Assembly (NCBI RefSeq): GCF_006345805.1
Contig: NC_043006.1
Location: 74,214,001-74,278,000, forward strand
Reading direction: 5' to 3'
Source of the DNA: Octopus sinensis
Lineage: Eukaryota
Length of the DNA: 64,000 bases
The first letter of the stretch is position 1. The number at the start of each line of letters is the position of its first letter. This document shows, piece by piece, positions 12,762 to 26,076 of this stretch. The position numbers were made by a program, and so were the translations under genes. The notes under the pieces are model-generated. The model did no database searches and had not been told where the DNA came from. It saw only the letters and a program-made list of their open reading frames with translations.

Positions 12762-13125
12762 TTGCGCGGGAGTGGCTGTGTGGTAAGTAGCTTGCTTACC
12801 AATCACATGGTTCCGGGTTCAGTCCCTCTGAGTGACACTTTGGGCAAGTGTCTTCTACCAGAGCCTCAGACCGACCAAAGCCTTGTGAGTGGATTTGGTA
12901 GACGGAAACTGAAAGAGGCTCGTCGTATTTATGTATGTGTGTGTCTGTTTGTCCCCCCAGCATCCGATGCTGGTGTGTTTACGTCACCGTAAATTAGCGG
13001 TTCAGCAAAAGAGACCGATAGAATAAGTACTAGGCTTACAAAGAATAAGTCCTGGGGTCAACTTGCTCGACTAAAGGCGGTGCTCCAGCATGGCTACAGT
13101 CAAATGACTGAAGCAAGTAAAAGAG
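12762..13125 (+). mobile_element. SINE family A, full length
   Basis: Head, CORE-like segment and tail cagtcaaatgactgaagcaagtaaaagag. Confidence 0.9.
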
Positions 13126-13395
13126 AGTCCTCAGAGCAGGTATCACCAAGCTTTTGACAAAATTTGAGGCATATTCTCTACTCAACTTTCTCTGTCGTGG
13201 TTAATGTGACGATCTCACGCTACACATCTTCCTTCGAAGAAGTACTGTAAATAGCGGAAGTGAAATAGAACGTTGAAACCTAGTGCACATGCACAGCAGA
13301 GTTCAAGGTCAATCTGAGCCAATCAGATTTACTCTGTGTGCTTTAGCTTCGTTATTATGGTAACAGTCCGTATACTTATTGATCAGATCACGTAT
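13125..13395 (-). mobile_element. Second mariner 5' end, inverted relative to 12205
   Basis: Reverse complement reads tatacgtgatctgatcaataagtatacggactgttaccataataacgaagctaaagcac..., homologous to the element at 12205; it encodes RICLKFCQKLGDTCSE. Confidence 0.75.
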
Positions 13396-13529
13396 AGTCT
13401 TCCTTATAATTTAACAAACCATGTTAACGGGCAAAAACATTTTCGAATTTTCCATTTTGATAGACTACGATGACGAAAGAAATCTAGCTATGACCCTGCT
13501 TTGAGTTATATTTTGGTTTGTGGCCTCTT

Positions 13530-13938
13530 TAGTTCTCTTTTACTCTTTTACATTTTCAGTCATTTGACTGCGGCCATGCTGGAGCACCGCCTTTTAGTCG
13601 AGGAACTCGACCCCAAGCCTTTTTTTTGTAAGCCTACTACTTATTCTATCGGTCTCTTTTGCTGGACTGCTAAGTTACGGGGACGTAAAGACACCTCCAT
13701 CGGTTGTCAAGCGATGTTGGGGGGACAAACACACACACACACACACACATACACACACACACACACATATATACGACGGGCTCCTTTCAGTTTCCGCCTA
13801 CGAAATCCACTCACAAGACTTTGGTCGGCCTGTAGCTATAGTAGAAGACACTTGCCCAAGGTGCCACGCAGTGGGACTGAATGCGGAACAATTTGGTTGG
13901 AGAGCAAGCTACTTACCACACTTCCACTCATGCGCCTA
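13530..13938 (-). mobile_element. SINE family A, full length
   Basis: Reverse complement of the family A consensus seen at 12762. Confidence 0.9.
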
Positions 13939-14060
13939 TATTTCTTTTCTTGAATAAAGCATACCACCTCTGCGGTTAGTATACAAGGAGCACCTCTCAC
14001 TACGCCTCTTACCGTTCTGTATATCGAATTCCGCAATCATTTAACCCGTTATAAATTACT

Positions 14061-14370
14061 GGCACTCCGTCGGTTACGACGACCAGTGTGCCGGTTCATC
14101 AGATCATCTCTTAAAATAAACGTAAAAATGACTGAGTACGTCAAAGACACGCCTACCCTTAATGTAGTTGTAAGGGAAAATCAGCGTGACACAGTTTGTG
14201 ACAAGAGTGGCCCTTTGAGATATAGGTACTATACATGTTTACCAGCTGACTAGATTGGAGCAAAGTGAAATAAATTGTCTTGCTCAAGAACACAATACAC
14301 CACCTGGCATCGAACTCAGGAACTTACGATCATGAACGGAACACTTTAACCACTGAATGATGTGCCTTCA
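14061..14370 (-). mobile_element. Chimeric SINE: family D head with tail X
   Basis: Head and the ttgtgttcttgagcaagacaatttatttcac segment match family D; the 3' part (ggcactccgtcggttacgacg on +) matches the tail of family C at 1-150 and 15378. Confidence 0.7.
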
Positions 14371-15119
14371 CCCCATATAAAATGGAACCCTGTCTCCCTC
14401 GTATTAAATCTCGCTCGATCTTAAACAAAATAAACCATTTAATGTTACTAAAGATTCTTTTCTAGACACTGGTTTAAAATTATTCAATTCCTTTCAATGT
14501 ATCATGTTCTCAGTGACAGTAGTTTGTGAATACCATGTTCGGTATTATGATTGTGTATTAACACAGACAACGATTCTTACATTTTTTTTTTCTTATTACG
14601 ATTGTAAATAGGCAATTTATGTATATATGTGAACGAGATGATTATGAAACAAGAAAACAATGAATGCAAATTCTCCAGAGAAACATATAACATGAAAGAG
14701 TTAATATCTGAAACCTAGTTGACACCAAAACTCAAACTTTTATTGAAATGCTGTGATTAATAGAAGAAGGAAATATAACTTATCTTACCTGACAGACAAT
14801 CAATAATTTTATAGCAAATATATTTTTTTGTCTTTGAAAGTAGTTTGGCACTAAAAACTTCTACTGAAAAACAAACTGTCAGAAAACTTTCAAAGGCTGT
14901 TAAAGCGAGAGAATTATCGATCAAGTTGTGTTTGGAATTGGTGCTAAAAGAATTTAATGTCATTTTGACTTATAAAATGAAAACAATAATAATGCTAATA
15001 TCAATTTGTTTTCAAATGTAAATGTATGTATTGACTTGAACACATGCGCGCAAGCACCAACGCTCGCACTCTCTCACAGACACACACGCACACACACACA
15101 AACACTGTTGAAGGACCTA

Positions 15120-15128
15120 ACTATCTAA

Positions 15129-15198
<70 letters not shown>

Positions 15199-15308
15199 CT
15201 CTATCTCTCTCTCTATCTCTATCTGTATCTCTATCTCTCTATCTCTCTATCTATCTCTCTATCTCACTCTCTCTATCGCACTCACTTTCTCTCTCTATCT
15301 CTCTCTCT

Positions 15309-15370
<62 letters not shown>
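15120..15370. repeat. Compound (CTAT)n/(CT)n/(TA)n/(TG)n microsatellite
   Basis: Direct inspection. Confidence 0.97.
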
Positions 15371-15373
<3 letters not shown>

Positions 15374-15377
15374 GTGT

Positions 15378-15845
15378 GGAGGCGCAATGGCCCAGTGGTT
15401 AGGGCAGCGGACTCGCGGTTTCGATTCTCAGACCGGGCATTGTGAGTGTTTATTGAGCGAAAACACCTAAACGTCCACGAGGCTCCGGCAGGGGATTGTG
15501 GTGAACCCTGCTGTACTCTTTCGCCACAGCTTTCTCTCACTCTTTCTTCCTGTTTCTGTCGTACCTATATTTCAAAGGGCCAACCTTGTCACACGGTGTG
15601 TCACGCTGAATCTCCCCGAGAACTACGTTAAGGGTACACGTGTCTGTGGAGTGCTCAGCCATTTGCATGTTAATAAATGAGCTACGGCGTCACTGGTGCC
15701 AAGCTGTATCGGCCTTTACCTTTCCCTTGGTAACATCAGTGGCGTGGAGAGGGGAGGCTGGTATGCACGAGCGACTGCTGCTTGTGCCTCGGAGGGTAAC
15801 TTTCTAGGTGCAATCCCATGGTCATTCATGAGCGAAGGGGGTCAC
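15378..15845 (+). mobile_element. SINE family C (tRNA-Arg-like head, tail X) fused to tail Z of family D
   Basis: ggaggcgcaaTGGCCCAGTGGttagggcagcggacTCGcgg head; the sequence switches at about 15677 to gtcactggtgccaagctgtatcggcc...catgagcgaaggggg. Confidence 0.8.
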
Positions 15846-15881
15846 AATATAAAAAACAATATATATATATATATATATATA

Positions 15882-16221
15882 GGGGTAAAGACCCCCTTCG
15901 GTCATGAATGACCATGGGATTGCACCTAGAAGTTACCCTCCTAGACACAAGTCCGGGCAAGGTTGTTTATGGAAGGCCAGCAGTCGCCCATGCATACCAG
16001 CCTCCCCTCTCCACGCCACCAGTGTTATCCAAGGGAAAGACAAAGGTCGATACAGCTTGGCACCAGTGACGTCGCAACTCATTTCTACAGCTGAGTGAAC
16101 TGGAGCAACGTGAAATAAAGTCCCTTGCTCAAGGACACAACACGCAGCCCGGTCCGGGATTCGAGCTCACAACCTCACGATCGTAAGCTCGACGCTCTAA
16201 CCACTGAGCCATGCGCCTTCA
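15882..16221 (-). mobile_element. SINE family D, full length
   Basis: Closest to the family consensus; flanked by (TA)n on both sides. Confidence 0.92.
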
Positions 16222-16247
16222 CTGTATATATATATATATATGCGCCT

Positions 16248-16321
<74 letters not shown>

Positions 16322-16396
16322 GTATATATATTACCATGATCGACCGGTAGCCACTAAAACTTTTTTAATTATTTCTCTGTTTATTTTCTCGTGTTC

Positions 16397-16432
16397 CTTT
16401 CTGTTGAAGAGCGTAGGCTTGAAACGTAAAAG
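16397..16432 (+). ncRNA. Minimal type-I hammerhead-like motif with an A6-to-U core variant
   Basis: CTTT-CTGTTGA-A-GAGC(GTAG)GCTT-GAAA-CGT-A-AAAG: stem I 4 bp, stem II 4 bp, ACGT palindrome, GUA triplet. Confidence 0.6.
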
Positions 16433-17329
16433 ACCTCATCACCTTCCCGAAAACCTGTCTTCCTCCTGTGGTGGTGGTGGTGGTGATCTGGTAAATCGTT
16501 AAAAACGCCGTACAAAATGCTTAACGGCATTTTGTCCGTGTTTTACGGTCTGAGTTCGTACCCCACTGAGGTCGACTTTGTCTTCCATTCTTTCGTTATA
16601 GAGTACTATAGTTGATGTAATCGGCGTCTCACTACTCCAATATTATTGTTGGTGTTGTTGTTGTTGCTATCGTTATTATTGCCATTTTTTTATCCTCATT
16701 GACTTACCTCGTACTAAATATAATTAAACAGGTGTTTCAGCCACGAGCTTCCTCTCTATCTATATGAGAATATATATGATCTAATGTATCCATTTTTAGC
16801 GGTATGTTTAGAGGTAGCCCTCGGCAGTTATTTCAAGCAAGTAGAATGTTGCTGATTAGATCGTCAAAGACAAAGTGGCACCTATTGTTCTATATAGATT
16901 CTTACACGTTTGAAATTTATTACGATTTTGTTCTGTTTTTTTGTTTTGTTTTGTTTCTTTCTTAAGTTAGTCAAGAGGGGAAGGGCAATAACTCTGAGTA
17001 GTTTGCAGGCTCTCACAAGCTGGAAAAAAATGGATGTGGATAATACCAAACGGAAATATTTCTAGGTTAAAGTCTACATAGGTGTGACGCAACTGATTTT
17101 TTTTTGTTTTTTATAAAAACACCCAAGCATCTCGCACAGTGTCCTTGTAAAAGTAGATTACCGATCAAACTAAATATTATTAGAAGTGAAACCTATGAAA
17201 AGCATATCCCAGAAGAGAACGACTCACTCGAAAATATGAATAGAACGGAATGTGAGAACGATTTAAGAATAGACAATTCTATGGATGGAAATTCTGAATG
17301 CAACAATACACTAAAGGTGGGAGCAGTTT

Positions 17330-17950
17330 AAGAATAATAATCAATAGAACTTATGAACCAACGAAATACAAGATAAAACTTAACGAGAAAATAGCAGCAA
17401 CGATAAACAGCGGAAACTTCGCCATTGTAGATTTTAGGAAATCCGATGCCAACATCGATAATTTCGAATAAAGCATATAATATAAGTAAGAACCAAATTT
17501 ATTACAAAGTAAACGTATATGCTCCCTCGGATCAGCTTATAAAAGAATATCATAATCCAAACAAATAATGTGGAAGGGAGATATATAAAGATGTGACACA
17601 GCTTTCATCTTTAATGAAATCAATATCAGAAGACAGAAATGAAACAAAGAGACACAAGTATAACGTAAATACGATAACAAAATTAATTACCAGACATCAA
17701 AGAGATTCTTAAACAAAAGATCCTCGCTAAATTACAAAGAATCTGTAGTTAGGAAAATCAACAAATATTTTTCTAGAACAAACGAAACAATCCATCTCCA
17801 ACGCAAAATTATATTAAGGAGAGGTAAGTAAAAATATAACAGAAATCAATGCTGTGAAAACAAGCGAAATAGAAACATTTGGAAGGAAAGTTTGAAGAGG
17901 AAACGGTTTCTCATGGATGAGAATTTAAGAAAGAAAAACGAGAATAAGGA
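17330..17950 (+). pseudogene. Highly decayed RTE-like LINE ORF2 pieces
   Basis: Fragments KVNVYAPS (AP endonuclease I/VNVYAP motif) and ETFGRKV (similar to the LE.FERK.L segment after the RT domain); many stops. Confidence 0.4.
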
Positions 17951-18094
17951 ACGCAAAAATCTTAGCATTTGAATAATCGACAGTCAAGTTAAATACTTGG
18001 GTTGATGCCCCTTAATTTGCAAGCATCGGACAACTGAGTTCAAATTCCATCAGGAATTTTGTTCTTTTTTACCACATGAAAACTGATGTAGTTA

Positions 18095-18420
18095 AAAGTA
18101 ATAAGAAGCTTGCTTTCCAACCACATGGTTCCAAGTTCAGTCCCACGGCGTGGTACCTTTGGCAAGTACTTCTACTATGGCTTCGGGCTGGCAAAAGCCT
18201 TTTCAGTGGATTTGCATATATGTATGCGTGTGTGTGTGTGGGTGTGTGCCTGTGCGCGCGTGCGTCCATGTGTGTGTGTATCTATATTTTTGTATCTTTG
18301 TGCCTGTGTTTGTCACCCCGCTCATCACTGCTTGACAATCGGTGTTGGTCTTTACGTCGCCATAACTTAGCGGTTCAGCAAAAAGTGACCCACAGAATAA
18401 GCACTAACTGCAATTTCTAA
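18095..18420 (+). mobile_element. SINE family A, diverged
   Basis: ccacatggttccaagttcagtcccacggcgtggtacc...gacaatcggtgttggtc...gcggttcagcaaaa. Confidence 0.8.
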
Positions 18421-19275
18421 GTTGGACAGAAGGTCTGCAATTTTCATGCGATTATATTAACCCTGTAATTGATTGTAAGTTTATTTTATCGACTACAAAA
18501 GACGAAAGGCAACGTTGCCCCCGACGGGGCTTAAGCGTAGAGCATAAAGAGCCCGACGAAATACTAAGCCTTTTGTTCGAAGTGCTACAGATTCCACCAG
18601 CTCACCCACCTTCTGTGCTACAGAGAGGTAACTTATTTCATGACAATGCGAAAGTAACCGTGCTGGGTTACGATTATTCGATACGAAAACTGATGTAGTT
18701 AAATGCCAACGTGAGGTCTTTTGGTCAGGCTCTATACTATATCTATTTGTGGAGAAAATAGTGAGCGTATTTGGAAAACTTCTAATAGAGAATTCAGCTA
18801 TTTTAAGTACAAAACTTTTACATTCGATTGAAATATTTCCTGGCGAAAAGAAATTGAGAAATCATCAGCGATCGCAAGGAAATTATTTCAAATTAGGCGA
18901 AGAAAAATTGCTTAACGCAAATCTGCCATTTCTATTTTCTCTGGCTGTTAAACGCTCTGTGTCTATTTTGCTAGCATTTTTACATCCGTTCACACACGAA
19001 TTTGCACAAAATAGGTAATTTAGAGACACAAAGCACTCATCGATTGTAATTATGTTGTAACAAAATGATGTAATTATTGCATAGATGTTTGTATGTGTGT
19101 GTTTATGTGTATGGGTTTATGTGTCTACGTGTGTGTATATACGTATGTTTATATACATTTATATACACATAAATATAAATGATAAATGTACACATACATT
19201 TATATACACATAAATGTAAATGATAAATGTTTGTTTGGATGCATGTATATGTGTACGTATGGGTACCTGTATCTA

Positions 19276-19509
19276 GGCGCAGGCGTGGCTGCGTGATAAG
19301 GAGCTTGCTTTCCAGCCACATGGTTCCAGGTTCATTCCCACGGCATAGCACCCTTGGCAAGTATATTCTACTACGGCTTCGGGCTGGCAAAAGCTTTGTC
19401 AGTGGATTTGCATATATATGTGTGTGCTTGTGTGTGTGTCTGTGTGTGTGTGTGTGTGTGTGCGCGCATGTGCGTGTATGCGTGTGTATGTGTGTGTATG
19501 CGTGTGTGT

Positions 19510-19543
<34 letters not shown>

Positions 19544-19776
19544 TGTCTGTCTGTCTGTCTATGTTAGTGTATCTTTGTGCCTGTGTTTCTCACCCTGCTC
19601 ATCACTGCTTGACAATGGGTGTTGGTTTTTACGTCGCCATAACATAGCGGTTCGGCAAAAAGACACCCACAGAATAAGCACTAAGCTTGAAAAAAAAACC
19701 TTCGAGGCGGCGCTCCAGCATGGCTGCAGTCAAATGACTGGACCAAGTAAACGAGTAAAAGCACATATATATATAT

Positions 19777-19825
<49 letters not shown>

Positions 19826-20165
19826 AGGGAAGACTGTGATAGGAAGCATGTTTCCCAAATACACGGTTTCAAGTTCAGTCCCAGTTTGTGCAACTTGGGG
19901 AACAGTCTTCTACTGTCCCGACAGACCATGTCCTTCTGAGTGAACTTGGTGGAAGGAAATTAAAAGAAGTCTGTCTTATGTATATGTGTGTGTGTGTATG
20001 TGTGTGCGCATGTGTGTGTGTATGCGTACATATGTATGAATATGTGTATGTGTGTATGTTTTTGCGTCTGCTTTTGTCTCTCACTACTGCTGCAGATCTG
20101 GTGATTTTTTTTCCATCGTGGTGACTTAGTAGTTCGGCAAAAATGTACTGGGATTTGATTCGTGG
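19276..20165 (+). mobile_element. Two tandem SINE family A copies (19276-19760; degraded 19825-20165)
   Basis: Heads ggcgcaggcgtggctgcgtg and tgcgcagggaagactgtg, each with the internal (TG)n tract. Confidence 0.8.
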
Positions 20166-20316
20166 GAGTAAACACTACCAGAGAGTACCACCATGATTGC
20201 TGTCCAATGAGTAAAATAATTAAAAGAAAATATAAACGGTATATATGTATGTGTATTTTTTATTTTGTGCGTGCGTGTGTGCATATGAGTGAATTCACAC
20301 ACACACACACACAAAA

Positions 20317-20525
20317 TACAGGGTACTGAAAGTTTTCTGGCCTTAAGGGTACCGTGAAAGGTCTGGTGAGAGGCTCAACCATCCGAATTTTTTCACCTCA
20401 CTTAGGAAAATGAAGGACATCAGCAATGTGTCAATCTGAGGTGATATGTTCAATAAAATCATAATTAACTGTTCCCTCTGTATTTATGTTACCCAACTCC
20501 AGAAATTTTTCAGCATTCCCTCGTT
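20317..20525. mobile_element. Mariner-derived MITE (~210 bp)
   Basis: Imperfect TIRs tacagggtactgaaagttttctgg and ccagaaatttttcagcattccctcgt. Confidence 0.55.
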
Positions 20526-20593
20526 TATATAATTTGATCTATGTAAACCAATTTATCTCTCTCTCTTCACCCTAACTCTCCCTGTATATATAT

Positions 20594-20630
<37 letters not shown>

Positions 20631-20631
<1 letters not shown>

Positions 20632-20999
20632 TAGCAGTATCGCCCGGCGTTGCTCAGGTTTGTAAGGGAAATAACTATAAAGCATTTTTAGAGAGTTATA
20701 GCAAAAAATAGCAAAAAAATGGAAAAAAAATGATAGTAAATTTTTTTTTGAGAGTTAAAAAAGGTGGAGTTGCGTCCCCTAGACGGTCTGTGGTTTGGGT
20801 TTCTGATTCTCGACCCCATGTCGAATTATCGATTTTTTTCAGAACTGGGGGAACTTTTCAAAATTTTCGCTGCGTTAGTTCTGAATTATGACATTGGGCT
20901 ATGTGTGTGTCAAGTTTCATCAGAATCGGTTGAAAACCGTGGTCAGAGTGAGGGTACGAGAAAACAGACACACAGAAAACGCACAGACAAACTGCCGTT

Positions 21000-21005
<6 letters not shown>
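20631..21005 (-). mobile_element. Non-autonomous Helitron
   Basis: The minus-strand 3' end has a GC-rich hairpin just before CTAG|T; the first ~65 bp on + are nearly identical to 48453; the 5' end is lost in (TA)n. Confidence 0.7.
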
Positions 21006-21030
<25 letters not shown>

Positions 21031-21367
21031 TATATATATACTGCCTTTTCCGTCCTTGTTTTTGTATACATTCGCTGCTTTCTTCCAAGGAATCTAATGC
21101 TCTTAGCTTAGTTTTTTCTTCGCGCTGGCCAGATTGGAGCGATCTCAAGGTAAATCAGCCGACATTGCGAGGATATTCTGGTGCTTGACTGAGGATAGAG
21201 GGCTTCGAATGACCCGTCCTTCTTTTCTTTCAATCGTCTATCTGGATGTTTTGTTGTCCCATTATGTATCACATAGCTGTCCGGATGTTTTGCGTTCTTG
21301 TCCCATTTTGTATTCTATATCTATCTATCTATCTCATATATATATATATAACGGCGTACGTACACTT

Positions 21368-21402
<35 letters not shown>

Positions 21403-21419
21403 GTATATATATATATTAT

Positions 21420-21494
<75 letters not shown>

Positions 21495-21520
21495 GTATAT
21501 ATATATGTATATATATATAT

Positions 21521-21552
<32 letters not shown>

Positions 21553-21562
21553 ATATATATAT

Positions 21563-21612
<50 letters not shown>

Positions 21613-24600
21613 TTTTTCTTTGAGAACTTTTAAGTTTATTCAAATTACCTAAATCGCATTTTCGCTCTACTCTATAGAGATATGTGTACTTGTATTACTC
21701 ATAGGATAAAGAAACCAACGCCGCTTTTCTTGTATAAATGAATAAACGTAAGTGCTGACTCGCCCTGAAAATATATTCTTTGATTAAGCCATAAAACCGA
21801 ACTCTTCCGCTCACGAGTACGAGGAATAAAATTTATATCGGTCGTATTTTTTTAGATTTTCATCAAAATCGCTTCGCTAATCCCCTGATGCTGTGTTTTT
21901 GAATTACGTCTTGATATGAGAAACTTAACAAAGTATTACTAAAGTAAATAGGCATCTACTGATTACTTGCTCTCGGCGATAGAAGATTCTGTGATATAAT
22001 CATATTTGAGATTAGATTTTTACAGGTAACTAAATTATAAAAAATAGTGTCAACAATTTTTACACGGACACAAATTGATACCCACATAGGAGAGTATATA
22101 TGATACGTGTGCATCAGTATAAATATATATACATAGATACATACGGTCATACACACGCACACTCAAACACTCACAAACATATGGCGGATAGGTAAGTGCA
22201 GCAATATAGAACTCAATTTTCCAGAGTAAATATGTATCATTTTCTTTAGCATATTGCCGTACAAGTTCACACACACACACATATATATATATATAAATAT
22301 ATGTATATATATATATATGTATATATATGTATATATATATATATTATATATATATAATATATATATATATATGTATATATATATTATATGTATATATATA
22401 TATATATTATATGTATATATATATATGTATATATATATATGTATATGTATATATGTATATATATATGTATATATATACATATGTATATATATAATATATA
22501 ATATATATATATATATATATAATATATTATATATGTATGCATATATATGTATGTATGCATATATATGTATGTATATGTATATATATATATGTATGTATAT
22601 ATATATTGGCAGATAGATAGATAAATAGATATCCATGCGCACTTGCATTAAGAACGAATATTATTTTCTTTCCTTTGAAAAATGTATCCACACACACACA
22701 CACGCGCGCAAGCATGTAATGTATGCATATGCTTGCACGAAAAGGTCTTCCTACGTCTGAGTGTACTTGATAATATAACAATATATATCTACATTAGCAT
22801 CTATCTATCTATCTTTTTGTTACACACAAATACATATATACCTATAAATATTTATACATATACACACAAACACACACACATATATATATATATACACACA
22901 CATACTTACACATACACCCACACCCATATATATATATATATATATAATATATATATATACATACTCATACGAACATTTTGCACGTATCTTAACAAAAAGT
23001 GTGTGTAAAAGTTTGAATATGTCATGAATTGTTCGTTATATGTAAAGGAAATGTTTGATTATGATTCCTATCATTTTCATTTTTTTCCTGAAATATATAT
23101 TTTACGTCTTCGTATCAACCTCCATTATATTGAATATAGGATACGTATGTTCGCTACAGCGTATTAAGTGATTAAATCTCTATACGACATTTTCTTTTTC
23201 CATTTTCGATTATGGAAAAATATATATCAAAAAAATTTAATTTCCTAATGCATTTTGCCAATCAACAAAGTTAATACTACATTATTTAATTCTAACAAAA
23301 TTATTCCGTCATGATATATAATTATATAATATTTTGGCTTTCGATATGCCAAACACTACATATTTATGCACAATACAGAGTAAACCAGAAGAACAGCAAT
23401 ATCTAAGTATAATAAAGCTCACTGTGGATTAAGGAAGAATATGAACGTAAACACAACGCTTCTCTCTAATTGATAAGCGGGGGAAAGGGAGTGTGTTGAT
23501 CGATAGCACTTCAGAAAAGGCGTACCGATTTTTCTTCCCTAGTCGATAACTCGGACCAGCTACTTATAAATTCATCTTAGTTCTTATCACGCTCTGTCGT
23601 GCATAAATAGATATTGTTTAATTTATGAGGAAGCCTCAAAAGCACAAATATGTAAATTTGACTATCCATTAATGTGGTAGCCTAATTCATAACTGTTTTA
23701 TAAGCAGTTAATGTATGCTTATCTCTGAAGAATAGAAGTTGTGTCAACAACCAATGATCTGATATGGCGGAAGGCAGTCTCCCTTAGACACGCTCTCGTT
23801 TTTTTTTTGTTTTCTTTTCTGCACGTTAGTTGGAAAGAAGAAAGATATTTACATTTTCATTCCTATTTATCCCACAGATATAAGATACAGAAATGATTTC
23901 GTGGATTGCGCTGTTATCGGTATATTATTCCCATATCGACAATCGCTCTATTTTGTATTCGCATTTGCTGTTCATTTATTCCGGGATTTTCAATGGCAGA
24001 CTTCACTCTATCAATAATAAATATTGCTCCTATCAGTGATGTAGTGGATTTTCTTTTCCCATCTAGCAACAAATATTCACACGACAAATTCAAATAGAAA
24101 TACGTAGAAATCATTAACCAGTTCTCTCTCCTATTCAACGATATATGTAGAATATCCGCCAACACAAATATCATCTGATCTTGCTTTGACGCCCCTGGTA
24201 TAAACAGCCACACATTTCTTGCTGCATCAGTTGCATCTTTTCCTCTAGCTCTCAAGTGTCACCAGCCTATAATTTATATGCCCTCTTCTTCCCTAAAAGA
24301 AATAACATTGTCTAGAATCGAGACAATGTTATTTTATCTAGACACTAAAAGAAAAACGGCTCCTTCATTATATCCACCATCTTCTCTTACTTAGGCTTTT
24401 GTGTGAAAACCGTCCACAAATTTTCATTCAAAGTTATCTATTTTTAAGCTCACATGTAATTCTCTTGCAGTTTCTACACACTTGCTTTCGTAATTAGGAT
24501 TTCGATCATTTTTCATTCACTATTTGGGACTCTACAGCTGTTTAGAATAGATATTCCACTGTAAGAAAATCTATAATACTTGAAACTACACTAATTCCAC

Positions 24601-25114
24601 ACTAGCATGAGCATCATGTTATCAGCCCATTCCATGACACAAGGAAATCCGCCAGTAGTCAGCAGCTTTTCTTGAATCCAGAGTCGGTGAACTAGAAGAT
24701 TCTCCTCACATTTCTCCATCGAAGTTCCATGAAATGAGACATTCCTCGTTCAAAAGTCAAGATCAATTGCAAACAGGGTATCAGTATTATTCACACATAA
24801 CTAGCAGATTTATTAAAGTGAAGTATAGCTTTGCGTTTCTTCGAAACATTTGATATCACAAGTTAACAGCAAACATTTTAGGTTGTTTTTGCAGTTATAG
24901 GAAAATTTAATACAACATCAATTTTGCGATTGAAAATAAATCAATCTTTTCTCTCTTTTTCTTTCCCGATCTATTTGAATTTCACTCAAACACAGGCATA
25001 TATCTACGCACATACACACGCTTATAAATTCATATATATACATATGTGCATATGCGCATATATACTTGTATACGCATACACACATATGTATTTATATGTG
25101 TATGCATGTCTGTA

Positions 25115-25149
<35 letters not shown>

Positions 25150-25225
25150 GTTTAAATATATATGTGTGTATATATATATGTGTGCGTGTATAATGAAAAG
25201 AAAATGGAGATATACAATTGTATAC

Positions 25226-25257
<32 letters not shown>

Positions 25258-25779
25258 GTGTGTGTTTGTGTGTAGATATGCGGGTATATATATGCGGATT
25301 TATGTATGTATGTACATATCTGGCAACATATTTTGACATAAAGATCTATTTACAGAGTATATTGTCTGCGATATGAATAATAATTTTTTTAAATCTGAGA
25401 AATAATCCTATATTTCCGTTATGAATCACACTTGCATTAAATTTCCGACCGAGGAAATTCAACAGTTTTCTGCATAAGGAAATTGTGCATATGTACATCC
25501 TCTCTATATAAATTTCATGATATATGCTTGGCTGACAGACAGACATCATTTTTTTATCTGTACTGATAAATGTTTTTTACATATAAATATACTGGCTGTT
25601 TCTGAGTAAAACGTTATGCGTATTAACTCAAACATACTTTTTAACTCTAGGAAACCAAGAACATCGACAGTATCCGAAACCAAGAGGGGAGAACTTGCGT
25701 GGTCGAGTCGGTACCTCAAATTATAGAATATATTCTCTTTGAAAATATTTGTTAACCATTTTGGATAATACTTCTTTTT

Positions 25780-26076
25780 CTTCTTCTTTCGCCCTTTTCA
25801 AGCCTAGCCAGTCTCATGGGCCCGGTATCCCGGTTTCTGTGGTGTATGTGTTCCTCCCAGCTGGACGGGACGCCAGTCCATCGCAGCGTTACTCAAGAAA
25901 CAGGAAGAGAGAGTGAGAGAAAGTTGTGGAGAAAGAGTACAAGGTTCGCCACCACTCCCTACCGGAGACTTGTGGAGCTTTTAGGTGTTTCGCTCAATAA
26001 ACACACACAAAGCCCGGTCTGGGAATCGAAACTGCGATCCTCCGACCGCGAGTCCGCTGCCCTAACCACTGGGCCA
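25780..26076 (-). mobile_element. SINE family C with tail Y
   Basis: tRNA-like head; tail ctgcgatggactggcgtcccgtccagctggg...aggcttgaaaagggc. Confidence 0.85.

Noticed and set aside
15378-15450. tRNA-like sequences (Arg-TCG-like and others) at SINE 5' ends
   Set aside because: Acceptor and anticodon stems are broken and each continues into a SINE body; they are not tRNA genes.
21040-21300. CTGAGGA and GGCTG...CAGCC in a repeat-like segment, possible further hammerhead
   Set aside because: The core, GAAA and stems cannot be assembled into one consistent fold.
24300-24334. 14-bp-stem hairpin aaataacattgtct...agacaatgttattt
   Set aside because: Short and AT-rich; plausible by chance or local duplication.
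23900-24780. 113-aa ORF and coding-like composition, initially read as reverse transcriptase
   Set aside because: Motif matches were weak and not in a consistent order; the identity cannot be supported.
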